Assembly: GCF_006345805.1 (NCBI RefSeq)
Contig: NC_043026.1
Span: 13,371,579-13,435,578 of the forward strand
From: Octopus sinensis
Lineage: Eukaryota
Direction of reading: 5' to 3'
Length of the DNA: 64,000 bases
The first letter of the stretch is position 1. Each line of letters opens with the position of its first letter. Both the position numbers and the translations under genes were made by a program. The notes beneath the pieces are model-generated. The model was not told the origin of the DNA and made no database searches. It saw only the letters and a list, made by a program, of their open reading frames with translations. This document shows positions 12,893 to 25,123 of this stretch, piece after piece.

Positions 12893-13261
12893 ATTCTGAG
12901 CGCCTTGTTTCCCTGGGCATGGATTCACTGAAGCTCTGGTGTCTGGCGACGGACTTGGTAAACACCCACAAGGTTATCAACCACCTCACCAACAACAACA
13001 CTGAACACCTTTTTGATCTCCATGTGTCTAACATACGTGGACATGCCTACAAAGTCAGAAAACAACACAGCTCCCATGACTTTCGGAAACATTTTTTCAC
13101 GCTCAGAGTTGCTGAAGCATGGAATAAACTGCCTGCGTCAGTTGTTGACTGCCATGACACTGCATCCTTTAAGGCCCTCATGCTTTCCGAAATCCGCCGA
13201 AACTACACCTGATTATATATACACTTTAGATGAGTTGTAGTGCACCTGAGCACTGTACACA

Positions 13262-13297
<36 letters not shown>
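12893..13297 (+). mobile_element. CR1/L2-type LINE 3' end with (ATT)n tail
   Basis: RGHAYKVRK...RKHFFTLRVAEAWNKLPASVV motif. Confidence 0.85.
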
Positions 13298-13303
<6 letters not shown>

Positions 13304-13412
13304 TATATCGGGAAGGTTTACGAAAATAAACAAAAGACGAAGGCAGGTGGAGTACAAACAAATAATGTATTAGTATGGTGCTCAGGAATAGAAATAAAAC
13401 ATGGCAAGAAAG

Positions 13413-14640
13413 TAATCATCATCATCATCATTTTAACGTCCGCTTTCCATGCTAGCATGGGTTGGACGATTTGACTGAGGCCTGGCGAACCAGATGGCTG
13501 CACCAGGCTCCAATCTTGCTCTGACAGATTTTCTACAGCTGGATACCCTTCCTAACACCAACCACTCCGAGAGTGTAGTGGTTGCTTTTATGTGCCAGTC
13601 AGGCGGTACTGGCAATGACCACACTAAAATGGTGCATTTTACGTGCCACCGGCACAGGAGCCAGTCAGTGGCCCCGGCAACGATCATGATTGGATGATGC
13701 TCTTAGCACTCCACTGGCACGGATGCCAGTTATATGGTGCTGTCCTCAAATTTGATTTTGATTTCACTTGCCTCAACAGGTCTTTGCAAGCAGAGTTTAG
13801 TGTTCAATGAAGGAAAGGTACACATAAGTTGACTGGTTACACCCTTGGCATAGGCCATGAGATTATGGTCTCACTTGGCTTGCCAGGTCTTCTCAAGCAC
13901 AGCATATTTCCAAAGGTCTTGGTCACTAGTCATTGCCTCGGTGAGGCCTAATGTTCGAAGGTTGTGCTTCACCATCTCATCCCAGGTCTTCCTGGGTCTA
14001 CCTCTTCCACAGGTTCCCTCAACTGCTAGAGTGTGGCACTTTTTCACACAGCTATCCTCATCCATTCTCGCCACATGACCATACCAGCACAGTCGTCTCT
14101 CTTTGCACACCACAACTGATGCTTCTTTGGTCCAACTTTTCTCTCAAGGTACTTACACTCTTTTGAGTATGCACACTGACATTACACATCCAATGGAGCA
14201 TACTGACTTCATTCCTTGCAAGCTTACGCATGTCCTCAAAGCAGTCACAGCCCATGTTTCACAGCCATGTAGCATGGCTGTTCGTACACATGCGTCATAC
14301 AGTCCACCTTTTACTCTGAGCAAGAAGCCCTTTGTCACCAGCAGAGGTAGGAGCTCTCTGAACTTTGCCCAGGCTATTCTTATTCCAGCAGCTATACTTT
14401 CAGAGCATTCACCCCCCAGTTACTGACTTGGTCCCTTAGGTAACAGAAGCTATCAACTACTTCTAGTTTTTCTCCCTAGAATGTGGCAGAAGTTGTTCTC
14501 TGCACACTTTCTTCCACATACAAAAACTATCTTCCCAGTTAGCCTTCCTTTGATATTGGTGCACCACTTATGTGTCCATAGCTTACACTGGGTACATTTT
14601 ATAGAGTTTCTACCTACACCTTGCCTACAGATCGAGCAGG
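13413..14640 (-). mobile_element. Degenerate copy of the same RTE family (PHD-like region to 3' tail)
   Basis: CSICRQGVGRNSIKCTQCKLWTHK, RRLCWYGHVARM, GRPRKTW, 3' UTR and (GAT)n tail. Confidence 0.9.
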
Positions 14641-15117
14641 GCCATCTATATGTATGTATGTATGTACACACACACACACACATATATACTCTCTCTTTTA
14701 CTCCTTTACTTGTTTCAGTCATTTGACTGCGGCCATGCTGGAGCACCGCCTTTAGTCGAGCAAATCGACCCCGGGACTTATTCTTTCTAAGCGTAGTAGT
14801 TATTCTATCGGTCTCTTTTGCCGAACCGCTAAGTTAAGGGGGCGTACACACCAGATTGTCTTCTAGTTTCCGGCGAAACTACAGAAGACATCTGCCCAGG
14901 GTACCATGCAGTAGGACTGAACTCGGAACCATGCGGCTGAGAGGTAAGCTTTTCACAACACAGCCACACTCGCGCCTGGGAATATAAAAGTGTTTTAAAT
15001 GGACAAAAAGAGAAAAAAAAAAAAAATGGAAATCATTCGCCAGAAACTCATCTGTAGTTATTTCCCTTACACCACGCACAGTTGCCAGCTTTACTGGCTA
15101 GGTGTCTCTGGCGACAA

Positions 15118-15125
15118 TCACGTGA
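15118..15125 (+). promoter_or_regulatory. Palindromic E-box TCACGTGA (CLEAR-like) about 50 bp upstream of the SMPDL3-like ATG
   Basis: Motif seen directly; function is inferred from position. Confidence 0.35.
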
Positions 15126-15170
15126 TACACACCCGTCCGTTTATAAATACCCTATTTACTGTTGCTAGCA

Positions 15171-15273
15171 ATGTTGTCCAGATCTTCGCTGTTGACCCTT
15201 GTGACCTTTATCGCCTTTGACCCCGTATATTGTTTTCCGCTGACCTCTTCCTTCCACCTTCAGAAAGACATAG
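15171..15273 (+). CDS. SMPDL3: SMPDL3-like phosphodiesterase exon 1 (signal peptide MLSRSSLLTLVTFIAFDPVYCFPLTSSFHLQKDI-G)
   Basis: ATG plus a hydrophobic stretch, ending at AG|GTAAGT in phase 1. This matches the phase-1 acceptor of exon 2 and joins as KDI-G-TIWQVTDFH. Confidence 0.85.
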
Positions 15274-15550
15274 GTAAGTCCGGACGCTTTGTTTATGTTT
15301 AATAATGTAATAGTCGTAGTAGTGGTGGTCATGGTGTTTAGCGAATGCGTTGTTGAGCTTCGCAGCCAGGTCAGGCCTCTGACGAAAAGACGTTCCAGCT
15401 GTGGCCCTCCAAACTTTGATTTTTCACACACAGTGCATCGAGGGTCATACCATTCAATGTGTACCTCCATTATCTTAACTAAAAGTGGATTTGGCTGCTA
15501 TTTCCACCACATATTGTGTAGAGAGGTCACCCTCGCTAATGCTTATGCAC

Positions 15551-16025
15551 ATACGATTTAAAAGGGTTTTGGTTGGTGGTGTATATGACCCTAATATACG
15601 AATACTGTGGTTATATTGGGGCCCCAAGATCAGAGGGAAGTGATGAAAGGCAATCGAAATTGCAACATGATAACTGCAACTGATAATAACAGGGCTTAAT
15701 AGGGTCCAATAGTAGTATACGATTTAAAAGGGTTTTGGTCGATGGTGTATATGACCCTAATATACGAATACTGTGGTTATATTGGGGCCCCAAGACCAGA
15801 GGGAAGGGATGAAAGGCAATCGAAATCGCAACTCATAATAACAGGGCTTAATAGGGCCCAATAGTAGTATACGATTTAAAAGGGTTTTGGTTGGTGGTGT
15901 ATATGACCCTAATATACGAATACTGTGGTTACATTGGGGCCCCAAGATCAGAGGGAAGTAATGAAAGGCAATCGAAATTGCAACATGATAACTGCAACTG
16001 ATAATAACAGGGCTTAATAGGGCCC
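15551..16025. repeat. 3 x about 152-166-bp tandem repeat in SMPDL3-like intron 1
   Basis: Unit starts at 15551, 15717, 15869. Confidence 0.9.
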
Positions 16026-16499
16026 ATCCTAATCTATTTCCGATATGTAATTAATTGCCCTGTTATTCGGACAACGAACAACCTGGACATTGTTACAAAG
16101 GTCGCAAAAATGTCAAGTGGTATCAGGAAACCAGGACGGGCTTTTGTGGTCGATTGCAGGCTTGCGACACTGCCTGTGTTGATAGCAACGCTGTTGTTTT
16201 GTTTACGTCTCGCTTACACAAACACATGCATACACACAGATAAACATAAATAATTAAATATATTACATATGTACATTCGTTCGTACCTACCTATAGAGAC
16301 ACACGCACACACGGACATATATGAGTGCCCGCACATATACACATATATACACACATGATAATTGCTTCATCTTGACATAATAGACGTCCCATCAATACAC
16401 ACACATCATCCCCCATCCCACAGCACAATCCCTTCGTTGATGAGCCTTCGGATGACTTTTAAGACCAGCTGTTAACTGACCTAATATTATGTATGTATG

Positions 16500-16675
16500 T
16501 AACGGGAAGGTTTACGAAAATAAACAAAAGACGAAGGCAGGTGGAGTACAAACAAACAAATATATTAGTATAGCGCTCAGGAATAGAAATAGAAAAAGTC
16601 TTTTACATTTCGAGCCTACGCTCTTCGACAGAAAGATTCACAGAAAAAATCAAGGAGAGAAAAAAATTAATATAG

Positions 16676-16746
<71 letters not shown>

Positions 16747-16915
16747 GGAAAGTTTACGAAAATAAACAAAAGACGAAGGCAGGTGGAGTACAAACAAACA
16801 AATGTATTAGTATAGCGCTCAGGAATAGAAAAAGTCTTTTACATTTCGAGCCTACGCTCTTCAACAGAAAGATACACAGAAAAAAAAAAAAACAAGGAGA
16901 GAGAAAAAATGCGTG
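16500..16915 (-). mobile_element. Two tandem Penelope-like pLTR copies separated by (TA)n, with degenerate hammerheads at 16600-16635 and 16836-16871
   Basis: gggaaggtttacgaaaataaacaaaagacgaaggcagg...tttcgagcctacgctcttc unit; truncated copy at 13310-13405. Confidence 0.65.
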
Positions 16916-17794
16916 TAGGAGCTGTATGTATGTGTGTGTATGTATGTATGTGTGTGTGTGTGTGTATGTATGTGTGTATGTATGTGTGTGTACGTGTGTG
17001 TCTATGTATGTATATATGTATGTATGTGCGTGTGTGTGTATGTATGTTTGTGTGTATGTATGTATGCATGTGTGTATGTATGTATTTGTGTGTGTGTGTG
17101 TATGAATGTATTTATTTATTTATTTATGTGTGTGTATGTATGTATGTTTGTGTGTATGTATGTGTGTGTATTGTTGTTGTTAAGGTGTTGATTGTCAGTA
17201 TGCAAGATGGAAGAAGAACGGCGATCGAAGTTCAAGAAAATATATATTTTTCCGTTTGCTTTGTAGAATGTCTTCTTGCCTCGACGGACAAATGTGTGTT
17301 TGTATCATATATAAAAACAATAGAGTTATCTTTTCTTGTATGTTGTTGCTGGTTAATTATTTGGTCAACTGCTAAGATGCCCGACTAGGAATTAGAGGAA
17401 GACAGAGTGAACGTTAAGTGTAGGCAGTCGATAAGACGATACCTTCGTGGCGCCTGGCATTTGAAACAGCAGTGGTGTTGTGATAAGACACTGCATCACG
17501 GTTGACATTGTCACTGGGAAGCCATCTCTCAGATGAATTGTCTCACTGACTGGATTTTGCCTGCGGTCGCCTCTCTTCTCATCTCCTTTTTGCCAACTAG
17601 GTTCGCACTAATTTCTTTTATTTGCCAATACACGGCTAACATAAAAGAAGCCCGTCGTTTGTTTGTTTGTTTGTTTGTTTGTTTGTATGTATGTATGTAT
17701 GTATGTATGTATGTATATGTATGTATGCATTTATGTATGTATGTATGTGTGTAGGTATGTATGTATGTATGTATGTATGTATGTATGTATGTAT

Positions 17795-18004
17795 AATGGG
17801 AAGCTTTATGAAAATAAACAAAAGACGAAGGCAGGTGGAATACAAACAAACAATTGTATTAGTATGGCGCTCAGGAATATAAGTAAAACAAGTCTTTTAC
17901 GTTTCGAGCCTACGCTCTTCAACAGAAAGATACACAGAAAAGAAACAAGGAGAGAAAAAAAAAATGCGTGCAGAAGCTAGCGAATCAATATATATAATAT
18001 ATAT

Positions 18005-18037
<33 letters not shown>

Positions 18038-18400
18038 GGCGTTTCCGTTTTCGTTTCTGTTGATTTTTACGTCTTCTTGTGGTGTCCTGTACGTATATAT
18101 ATTTATATATGCATGTATATATACATGTAGATGTCGGTACGTACATATATGTTTGTATGTATGCATATATTTTATTTATTACACTATATATATATATATA
18201 TATATAGTTAATCCAAACATGAAAGCACAGAGAAAACACAACAACGCAAGGACGTGGAACAAATATAGTATTATTGGACGCTCAGGAAAGAAGGAGAGTT
18301 TTAACGTTTCGAGCAGAGCTCTTCGTCGGAAACATAGGAGAAGGAACGATCCAGAGAAGGGAAGACAGAGGAAAAAAAATCGCCAACGGTACACACGCGG
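17795..18400 (-). mobile_element. Two more pLTR-like copies (17795-17975; 18200-18400, different subfamily) with hammerhead-like motifs
   Basis: gtttcgagcctacgctcttcaacagaaag and gtttcgagcagagctcttcgtcggaaac. Confidence 0.6.
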
Positions 18401-18879
18401 TCATGCATGTGTGTGTTTGTGTGTCTGTGTTTGTCCCCCTATAGCATTGCTTGACAACCGATGCTGGTGTGTTTATATCCCCGTTACTTAGCGGTTCGGC
18501 AAAAGAGACCGATAGAATAAGTACTGGGCTTACAAAAAATAATAAGTCCCGGGGTCGAGTTGCTCGACTAAAGGCGGTGCTCCAGCATGGCCGCAGTCAA
18601 ATGACTGAAACGAGTAAAAGAGTAAAAGAGAGTAAAGAGTATAGAGGGGGGAGGGGCAACACAAGGACAAAACAAAAACATTATTTAGGGGCTGGTGTTG
18701 TACATTGGTTAGTCGGGATAAAAATCGGATACAATGAAATCAAAAGAAGGAATCAAATGAATTAAAAATAAATGATAATATACAGTTTTTTTCTGGATTC
18801 ATGTTCAACCCGTCGTTCCTCACCCCCCCCCCCGCCGTTTTCCTCATTATAATTAATGTTCTTTACATAATTGCAGTGT

Positions 18880-19010
18880 CGGTCCAAGGCTGATCTCGCT
18901 GCCATGAGTGTCCTCATAACTAGCTCCTTAATCCAGCTAAAGTGTGTTTCGCAAGCCAATAAGGTCTTGTTCAACTTCCAGTAGCCAGATCCCTGTCTAT
19001 GGACTTTATA
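18880..19010 (-). mobile_element. Tx1/L1-clade LINE ORF2 remnant
   Basis: KVHRQGSGYWKLNKTLL resembles the post-endonuclease GxGYWKLNxSLL motif. Confidence 0.55.
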
Positions 19011-19129
19011 TGTACCCTACACTTTTTACTCGATTTTTTCACAAAACCTTTTGTAGCCTTTCGTCCTGTTTTGTCCCTTTATGTTTTCAAATCATATTTG
19101 TCAGCCCTTGTGGCCAATAAAAAGAATTA

Positions 19130-19169
<40 letters not shown>

Positions 19170-19669
19170 GTGGAGGCGCAATGGCCCAGTGGTTAGGGCA
19201 GCGGACTTGCGGTCGGAGGATCGCGGTTTCGATTCCCAGACCGGGCGTTGTGTGTGTTTATTGAGCGAAAACACCTAAAAGCTCCACGAGGCTCCGGCAG
19301 GGGGTGGTGGTGATCCCTGCTTTACTCTTTCACCACTCTAAAGGCGGTGCTCCAGCATGGCCGCAGTCAAAATGACTGAAACAAGTACAAAAAAAAAAAA
19401 AAAAAATATATATGTATATGGAACACACACACATGTATGCATATAGATTGATAAATACCTACCTACCTGACTGGCAATCCTTCTATATTAGTATACAACG
19501 TCATCACCCTCACAACTTTCTCTCATGACATAGATAAAGTGGTTTGGCTGAAAAAGAGAGAGATAAATTACTTTGGAGTAGAGTTCAGGTAAGTTCAGTA
19601 CATAATATCAATGAATGACAGATGAACTAAGTTTACAGAATCGTTGTCGAAATCAAACTTGGTGACTGG

Positions 19670-20106
19670 CATCCGTTGCTAGTGGAGCGCTAAGAGTACC
19701 ATACGAGTGAGATCGTTGCCAGAGCAACAAGCTGGCCTTCGTGCCAATGGCATGTTAAGCACACCATTCGAATGTGATTGTTACCGCGTCGCCTTACTAC
19801 CACTTGTGCTGGTGGCATGTGAAACATTCGAGCGAGGTCGTCGCTAGGGCCACTGGACTGGCTCCTGTGCAGGTGGCATGTAAAAAGCACCTTTTGGGCG
19901 TTGCCGTTGCAATGATCCACCAAACTGGCCCTCGTGCCGGTGGCATGTAAAAGCACCCACTACACTCTCGGAGTGGTTGGCATAAGGAAGGGCATCCAGC
20001 TGTAGAAACTCTGCCAGATCAGATTGGAGCCTGGTTCACCAGACCTCAGTCAAATTGTCTAACCCATGCTAGCATGGAAAGCAGACGTTAAATGATGATG
20101 ATGATG
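19670..20106 (+). mobile_element. RTE 3' UTR/tail fragment
   Basis: cccactacactctcggagtggttggcataaggaagggcatcc...gttaaatgatgatg. Confidence 0.8.
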
Positions 20107-20324
20107 TTTTCATTAGCTGTTGCAGAGTGAACTGACTTAGTGGACTGGATGAGTTTTATAAATAGAATGAACCAGTAGACAGTTGAGGACGATCTGTGAG
20201 AGTGTCAGTTTTGTTATGGATTCTGTATTGAAGTATCGGATTGTTATTGTGCAAACGGTTATAATAAGATAACCGACTCTTGTTACATTGCTTATTTGGT
20301 ACTGTGATATATAATAATAATAAT

Positions 20325-20945
20325 AATAATAATGAAATTATTGTATACAGTGCTCTGGTGCACCGCAACTTGTCAGAAAGTGCATATAAAGCCTATGCAG
20401 TAATGTACAAGTGTCTGGAAAGCGAACAATGTATGAGTCAGATACATGCTTGCGTGTGTATGGAGGGAGGAGAAAATCAGGTGTAGTGTTGGTGAATCTC
20501 AGAAAGCATGGAGTTTTGAAGGATGCAGTGTTCCGACAACTAACAACTGATGCCGGCAGTTTGTCCATGCTTCCAGCAACTCTTAGCATGAAAAAATGTT
20601 TCCGAAATCATGGGAGCTGTGCTGTTTTCACTTTGTAAAATGTCCACGGGTGTTAGACGGGTGGAGTTTGAAAAGGTGCTCAGAGTTATTGTTTGTAAGA
20701 CGGTCAAAAATTTTATGGGTGTCTGCGTATGCAGTAATGTACAAATGTCTGGAAAGCGAACAATGTATGAGTCAGATACATGCTTGCATGTGTAAGGAGG
20801 GGAGAAAATCAGGTGTAGTGTTGGCGAATCTCAGGAAGCATGGAAGTTTTGAACGATGCAGTGATCCGACAACTAACAACTGATGCCGGCAGTTTGTTCC
20901 ATGCTTCAGCAACTCTCAGCGTGAAAAAATGTTTCCGAAAGTCAT
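20325..20945 (-). mobile_element. Same CR1/L2-type 3' end, partially tandem-duplicated
   Basis: Reverse complement of 13040-13270, present twice. Confidence 0.8.
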
Positions 20946-21129
20946 ATTGTTACACACACACATATCATCACTGATGATATAATAATATTAGCTTACAGCT
21001 GTTTCTTTGTATGTGTATGGGTGTATGCATTTAAATCTGTCTATCTCTCTGTCTTTGTCTCTGTCTATTCATCTGTCTGTCTATGTATCTACCTGTCTAT
21101 CTACCTGTTTGTATATATATCTAACTTGA

Positions 21130-21340
21130 AGGCAGCGAGCTGGCAGAAATGTTAGCGCGCTGGGCGAAATGCTTAGCGGTATTTCGCCTGCTGTTACGTT
21201 TTGGGTTCAAATTCCGCCGAGGTCGACTTTGCCTTTCGTCCTCTCGGGGTCAATAAATAAAGTACCAGTTACGCACTGGGGTCGATGTAATCGACTTAAT
21301 CCCTTTGTCTGTCCTTGTTTGTCCCCTCTACATTTAAAGA
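21130..21340 (+). mobile_element. SINE family 2 (GGCAGCGAGCTGGCAG head, B-box GTTCAAATTCC, core GCCTTTCATCCTTTCGGGGTCGATAAA); other copies at 6050-6240, 6998-7140, 10258-10660, 30497-30905, 44668-44905, 45045-45272, 45378-45512, 46255-46460, 54540-54860
   Basis: About 10 recognisable copies. Confidence 0.85.
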
Positions 21341-21409
21341 AATATATATATATATCTAACTACCTGTCTTTTCTCCATCTCTCTCACTCTCCTACCACCA
21401 CCAAACCAG

Positions 21410-21641
21410 GCACAATATGGCAGGTGACCGACTTTCACCTGGACGTCAACTACAGCACCCATGGTGACCACACCCAGATGTGCCACAACTACGCTTCTTC
21501 TCCGCATCATGATCACCACTTCCAGGACAACCTCAGTACGTATGGCGACTACTCCTGCGATTCACCCTGGGCCCTTGTTTCATCTGCCGTCAGTGCCATG
21601 AAGAGCATTGAAGCATCTCCGGACTTCATTTTATGGACTGG
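21410..21641 (+). CDS. SMPDL3: SMPDL3-like exon 2 (DxH metal motif TDFHLD; ends WTG)
   Basis: Polypyrimidine tract and CAG acceptor, GG|GTAAG donor; GTIWQVTDFHLD...YGDYSCDSPWALV...PDFILWTG. Confidence 0.95.
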
Positions 21642-21811
21642 GTAAGTCATTGATATGGTAGACCTACAGTTAACCTTTCAGCCTTTAAACTGGCCAGGTC
21701 TGGCCAAAACAGTCTCCCTGTTTTATGTTCAAACTGGTCAGATTTGGCCTCTCACACTAACCCAACAATGTCTTTGTCAAAATACCACACAGCCACTCCT
21801 ACACACACATA

Positions 21812-22162
21812 TGAGGGTGTGCTGAAAAGGTCTTGTCTTTAACCCTTTTGTTACCATATTTATTTTGAGATGCTCTGTGTTTCTTTCAGCTATTTTGAAT
21901 ATAACAATGAACTTAGGAAAATAAACTGTGACTAAGGTTTGGTGGAAGATTTTAATTCAAAACTTATGTAAACAAGACATTTGTACTATAGAGCCAGAGC
22001 CGGTTTCAGCCGGGTTGGTAATAAAAGGGTTAAGGGTGTCACAAAAGGCCTGAGTTTTTTTTACAAGGCTTAGAAAAACTGAAAGTCCGCTGCAATAAAA
22101 TCTTAATTAACTGGTCTTCCTGTACTTTTTTTTGCCCAAAGCCAAGAACTTTTCAGCAGCCC
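21812..22162 (+). mobile_element. Mariner-derived MITE interrupted by a TTAA MITE; related pieces at 3430-3790, 4335-4400, 24905-24948 and 28556-28690
   Basis: TIR-like GGGTGTGCTGAAAAG...CTTTTCAGCAGCCC. The family carries a coding remnant like LEKLKDCCNN..LGGEYVE*. Confidence 0.7.
21843..22029. mobile_element. Same piggyBac-like MITE, opposite orientation
   Basis: TTAA duplicated at 21839-21842 and 22030-22033 inside the mariner MITE. Confidence 0.8.
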
Positions 22163-22529
22163 ATGGCTTTGGGCAAAAGAAAGTACAGGAAGACCAGTTA
22201 TACATATATACGACAGGCTTCTTTCAGTTTCCGTCTACCAAATCCACTCACAAGGCTTTGGTTGGCCCAAGGCTATAGTAGAAGACACTTGCCCAAGGTG
22301 CCACGCAGTGGGACTGAACCCGGAACCATGTGGTTGGTAAGCAAGCTACTTACCACATAGCCACTCCTATGCCTAAATATAAATATTTAATAATAAAGGA
22401 GTGTGATTATTTCCATGAACTATATATATATATATACATATATATATTGGTAAAATTAAGGAGTGCATGCGTTACATAAATATTTTCAAGATTAAATGAA
22501 ACGACAACAAACAGAGAATATGATCTACC

Positions 22530-22568
<39 letters not shown>

Positions 22569-22987
22569 AAAGGGCTTAGTAAAATAAATTACTTTGCCGC
22601 ATACTGAACTCATTAGAAATAGCAGCTAAAAAACTTTTTTAAGGCTATTTCTAATACTTAAAGAAAATCTCTCTCATATATAGTGTTTGCATAATTCAAC
22701 TCACAAATATATATATATATGTGGAGGCGCAATGGCCCAGTGGTTAGGGCAGCGGACTCGCGGTCGTAGGATTGCGGTTTCGATTGTGAGCGTTTATTGA
22801 GCGAAGACACCTAAAAGCTCCATGAGACTCCGGCAGGGTGATCCCTGCTGTACTCTTTCTTCTGTTGGCCTGCTCACTTAGCCTGTGGGGTGGCGTCATT
22901 CGAAGGCTGAAACAATGCGAACGCATTGTGACCAGCGATGTGTAACAACATCTGATGGACTGGTCTGTCACGTGATATATATATATA

Positions 22988-23385
22988 TGGAGTGGCTGTG
23001 TGGTAAGTAGCTTGCTAAACAACCACATGGTTCCGGGCTCAGTCCCACTGCGTGGCATCTTGGGCAAGTGTCTTCTGCTATAGCCCCGGGCCGACCAATG
23101 CCTTGTGAGTGGATTTGGTAGATGGAAACTGAAAGAAGCCCGTCGTATATATGTATATATATATGTATGTGTGTGTATATGTTTGTCCCCCTAGCATTGC
23201 TTGACAACTGATGCTGGTGTGTTTATGTCCCCGTCACTTAGCGGTTTGGCAAAAGAGACCGATAGAATAAGTACTGGGCTTACAAAGAATAAGTCCCGGG
23301 GTCGATTTGCTCGACTTAAGGCGGTGCTCCAGCATGACCGCAGTCAAATGACTGAAACAAGTAAAAGAGTAAAGAGTAAAAGAGT
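22988..23385 (+). mobile_element. SINE family 1 copy (other intronic pieces at 18405-18640, 22205-22375, 23890-24352)
   Basis: Same consensus. Confidence 0.9.
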
Positions 23386-23553
23386 ATATAATTACAAAAG
23401 ATGAAGAATGGGTGACCTATGTTTTCTGTCTGCCTGTGTATTTAGTATATGTTCATTTATTTATTACACGTTCTTTTTTAATTATAGGTAGGTCATATTT
23501 TCTGTTTGTTGTCCCTTTTATTTAATCCTGTATGTATCTGCTCCATCTTTCAG

Positions 23554-23807
23554 GGACAGCATCCCACACATTAAGGACTCTGAGGACAGTCCGGACAAGG
23601 TGTACGAGGTGATCGGCAACATCACCCACCTCCTCCGCTCCACCTTCCCCAACACCACCATATACCCGACCGTTGGCAACCACGACGCCTACCCATCCAA
23701 CCAGATGCCCGACACTGCCCCTGGGTCTGACTTCTATGCTCAGCTGCTGTCCCGTAGCCACTGGGCTGAACTTCTCCAGCCGGATGATCAGGCCCAGTTC
23801 GTCACAG
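23554..23807 (+). CDS. SMPDL3: SMPDL3-like exon 3 (completes WTGD; GNHD motif)
   Basis: TTTCAG acceptor, G|GTGAG donor; DSIPH...IYPTVGNHDAYPSNQMP; phases consistent with neighbours. Confidence 0.95.
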
Positions 23808-24091
23808 GTGAGTAGTTTCATAGACAAACATGGTTTTCGCGATTTCTTTTTTTTGTTTTGTTGTAGCTGTTGTTGTTGAATATATATATTTGTGTGTCTG
23901 TGTTTGTCCCCCTAGCATTGCTTGACAACCGATGCTGGTGTGTTTATGTCCCCGTCACTTAGCAGTTCGGCAAAAGAGACCGATAGAATAAGTACTGGGC
24001 TTACAAAAGAATAAGTCCCAGGGTCGATTTGCTTGACTAAAGGCGGTGCTCCAGCATGGCCACAGTCAAATGACTGAAACAAGTAAAAGAG

Positions 24092-24134
<43 letters not shown>

Positions 24135-24598
24135 GTGTGTTTGTGTGTCTGTGTTTGTCTCCCTAGCATTGCTTGACAACCGATGCTGGTGTGTTTATGT
24201 CCCCGTCACTTAGCAGTTCGGCAAAAGAGACCGATAGAATAAGTACTGGGCTTACAAAAGAATAAGTCCCAGGGTCGATTTGCTTGACTAAAGGTGGTGC
24301 TCCAGCATGGCCACAGTCAAATGACCGAAACAAGTTAAAGAGTAAAAGAGAGTATATTTTTTCGGATGCAGCCAGAATTTTCACACAGAGGTACATGATT
24401 AGATAATTTTCATAAGCTCAGTTGGCGATTGTTGGGAACCCAGTCTAACGATGCTTGTTTCTGATAGGACCCTATGGTGGAGACACCTAAGGATTCTACC
24501 TCCATGACCCTCCAGAGAAGAAGTGGATTCTGATTAGATTTGTTACCCCAATGTCCTTTCGAGTGTCCTTTTTCTAACATCTTTCCTTCCATTTCCAG

Positions 24599-24762
24599 CT
24601 GGGTACTACTCCACCCTGATTTCCACGGGTTTCCGACTTATATCGCTGAACACGAACCTGTATTACAGTATGAATAATTCCACCCTTAATACCACTGACC
24701 CAGGTGGTCAGTTTGAATGGCTTCAGGCCCAGCTGGAGCTTGCAACTCAAAACAAAGAAAAG
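24599..24762 (+). CDS. SMPDL3: SMPDL3-like exon 4
   Basis: TTTCCAG acceptor, AAG|GTGAG donor; AGYYSTLISTGFRLISLNTNLYY...DPGGQFEWLQAQL. Confidence 0.95.
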
Positions 24763-24948
24763 GTGAGTGAACATTGTTCTGTTTGGTCTATACCAGTGAC
24801 TCTCAACCCCCTTTTTTTTTTTTCCTATAGAGCCCTTTGATTCTTATTTTATTCAGAAGGACCCTCATGGCCATTTGATGTCTAACCCTTTAGCATTTAG
24901 GGTTTCTTGTAAGGCCTGGTTGGCAACCCAGACTTCAGAGTTCTTTTA

Positions 24949-25123
24949 CAGGCGCAGGAGTGGCTGTGTGGTAAGTAGCTTGCTAAACAACCACATGGTT
25001 CCGGGTTCAGTCCCACTGCGTGACACCTTGTGCAAGTGTCTTCTACTATAGCCTCGGGGCCAACCAAAGCCTTGTGAGTGGATTTGGTAGACGGAAACTG
25101 AAAGAAGCCCGTCGTATATATGT
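24949..25123 (+). mobile_element. SINE family 1 5' half; the 3' half resumes at 28324-28555 after the RTE insertion
   Basis: The two halves join at the internal microsatellite. Confidence 0.85.

Noticed and set aside
15142-15149. TATAAATA as the SMPDL3-like TATA box
   Set aside because: It would place the TSS essentially at the ATG, leaving almost no 5' UTR; not supportable without TSS data.
15635-15672. GUGAUGA...GAAA-UUGCAA in the intron 1 tandem repeat as a hammerhead
   Set aside because: Core varies between copies, with no stem II, no UH site and no stem I.
19170-19245. tRNA genes at SINE heads (here and at other SINE copies)
   Set aside because: A/B boxes are present but there is no complete cloverleaf or acceptor stem; they continue into SINE bodies.
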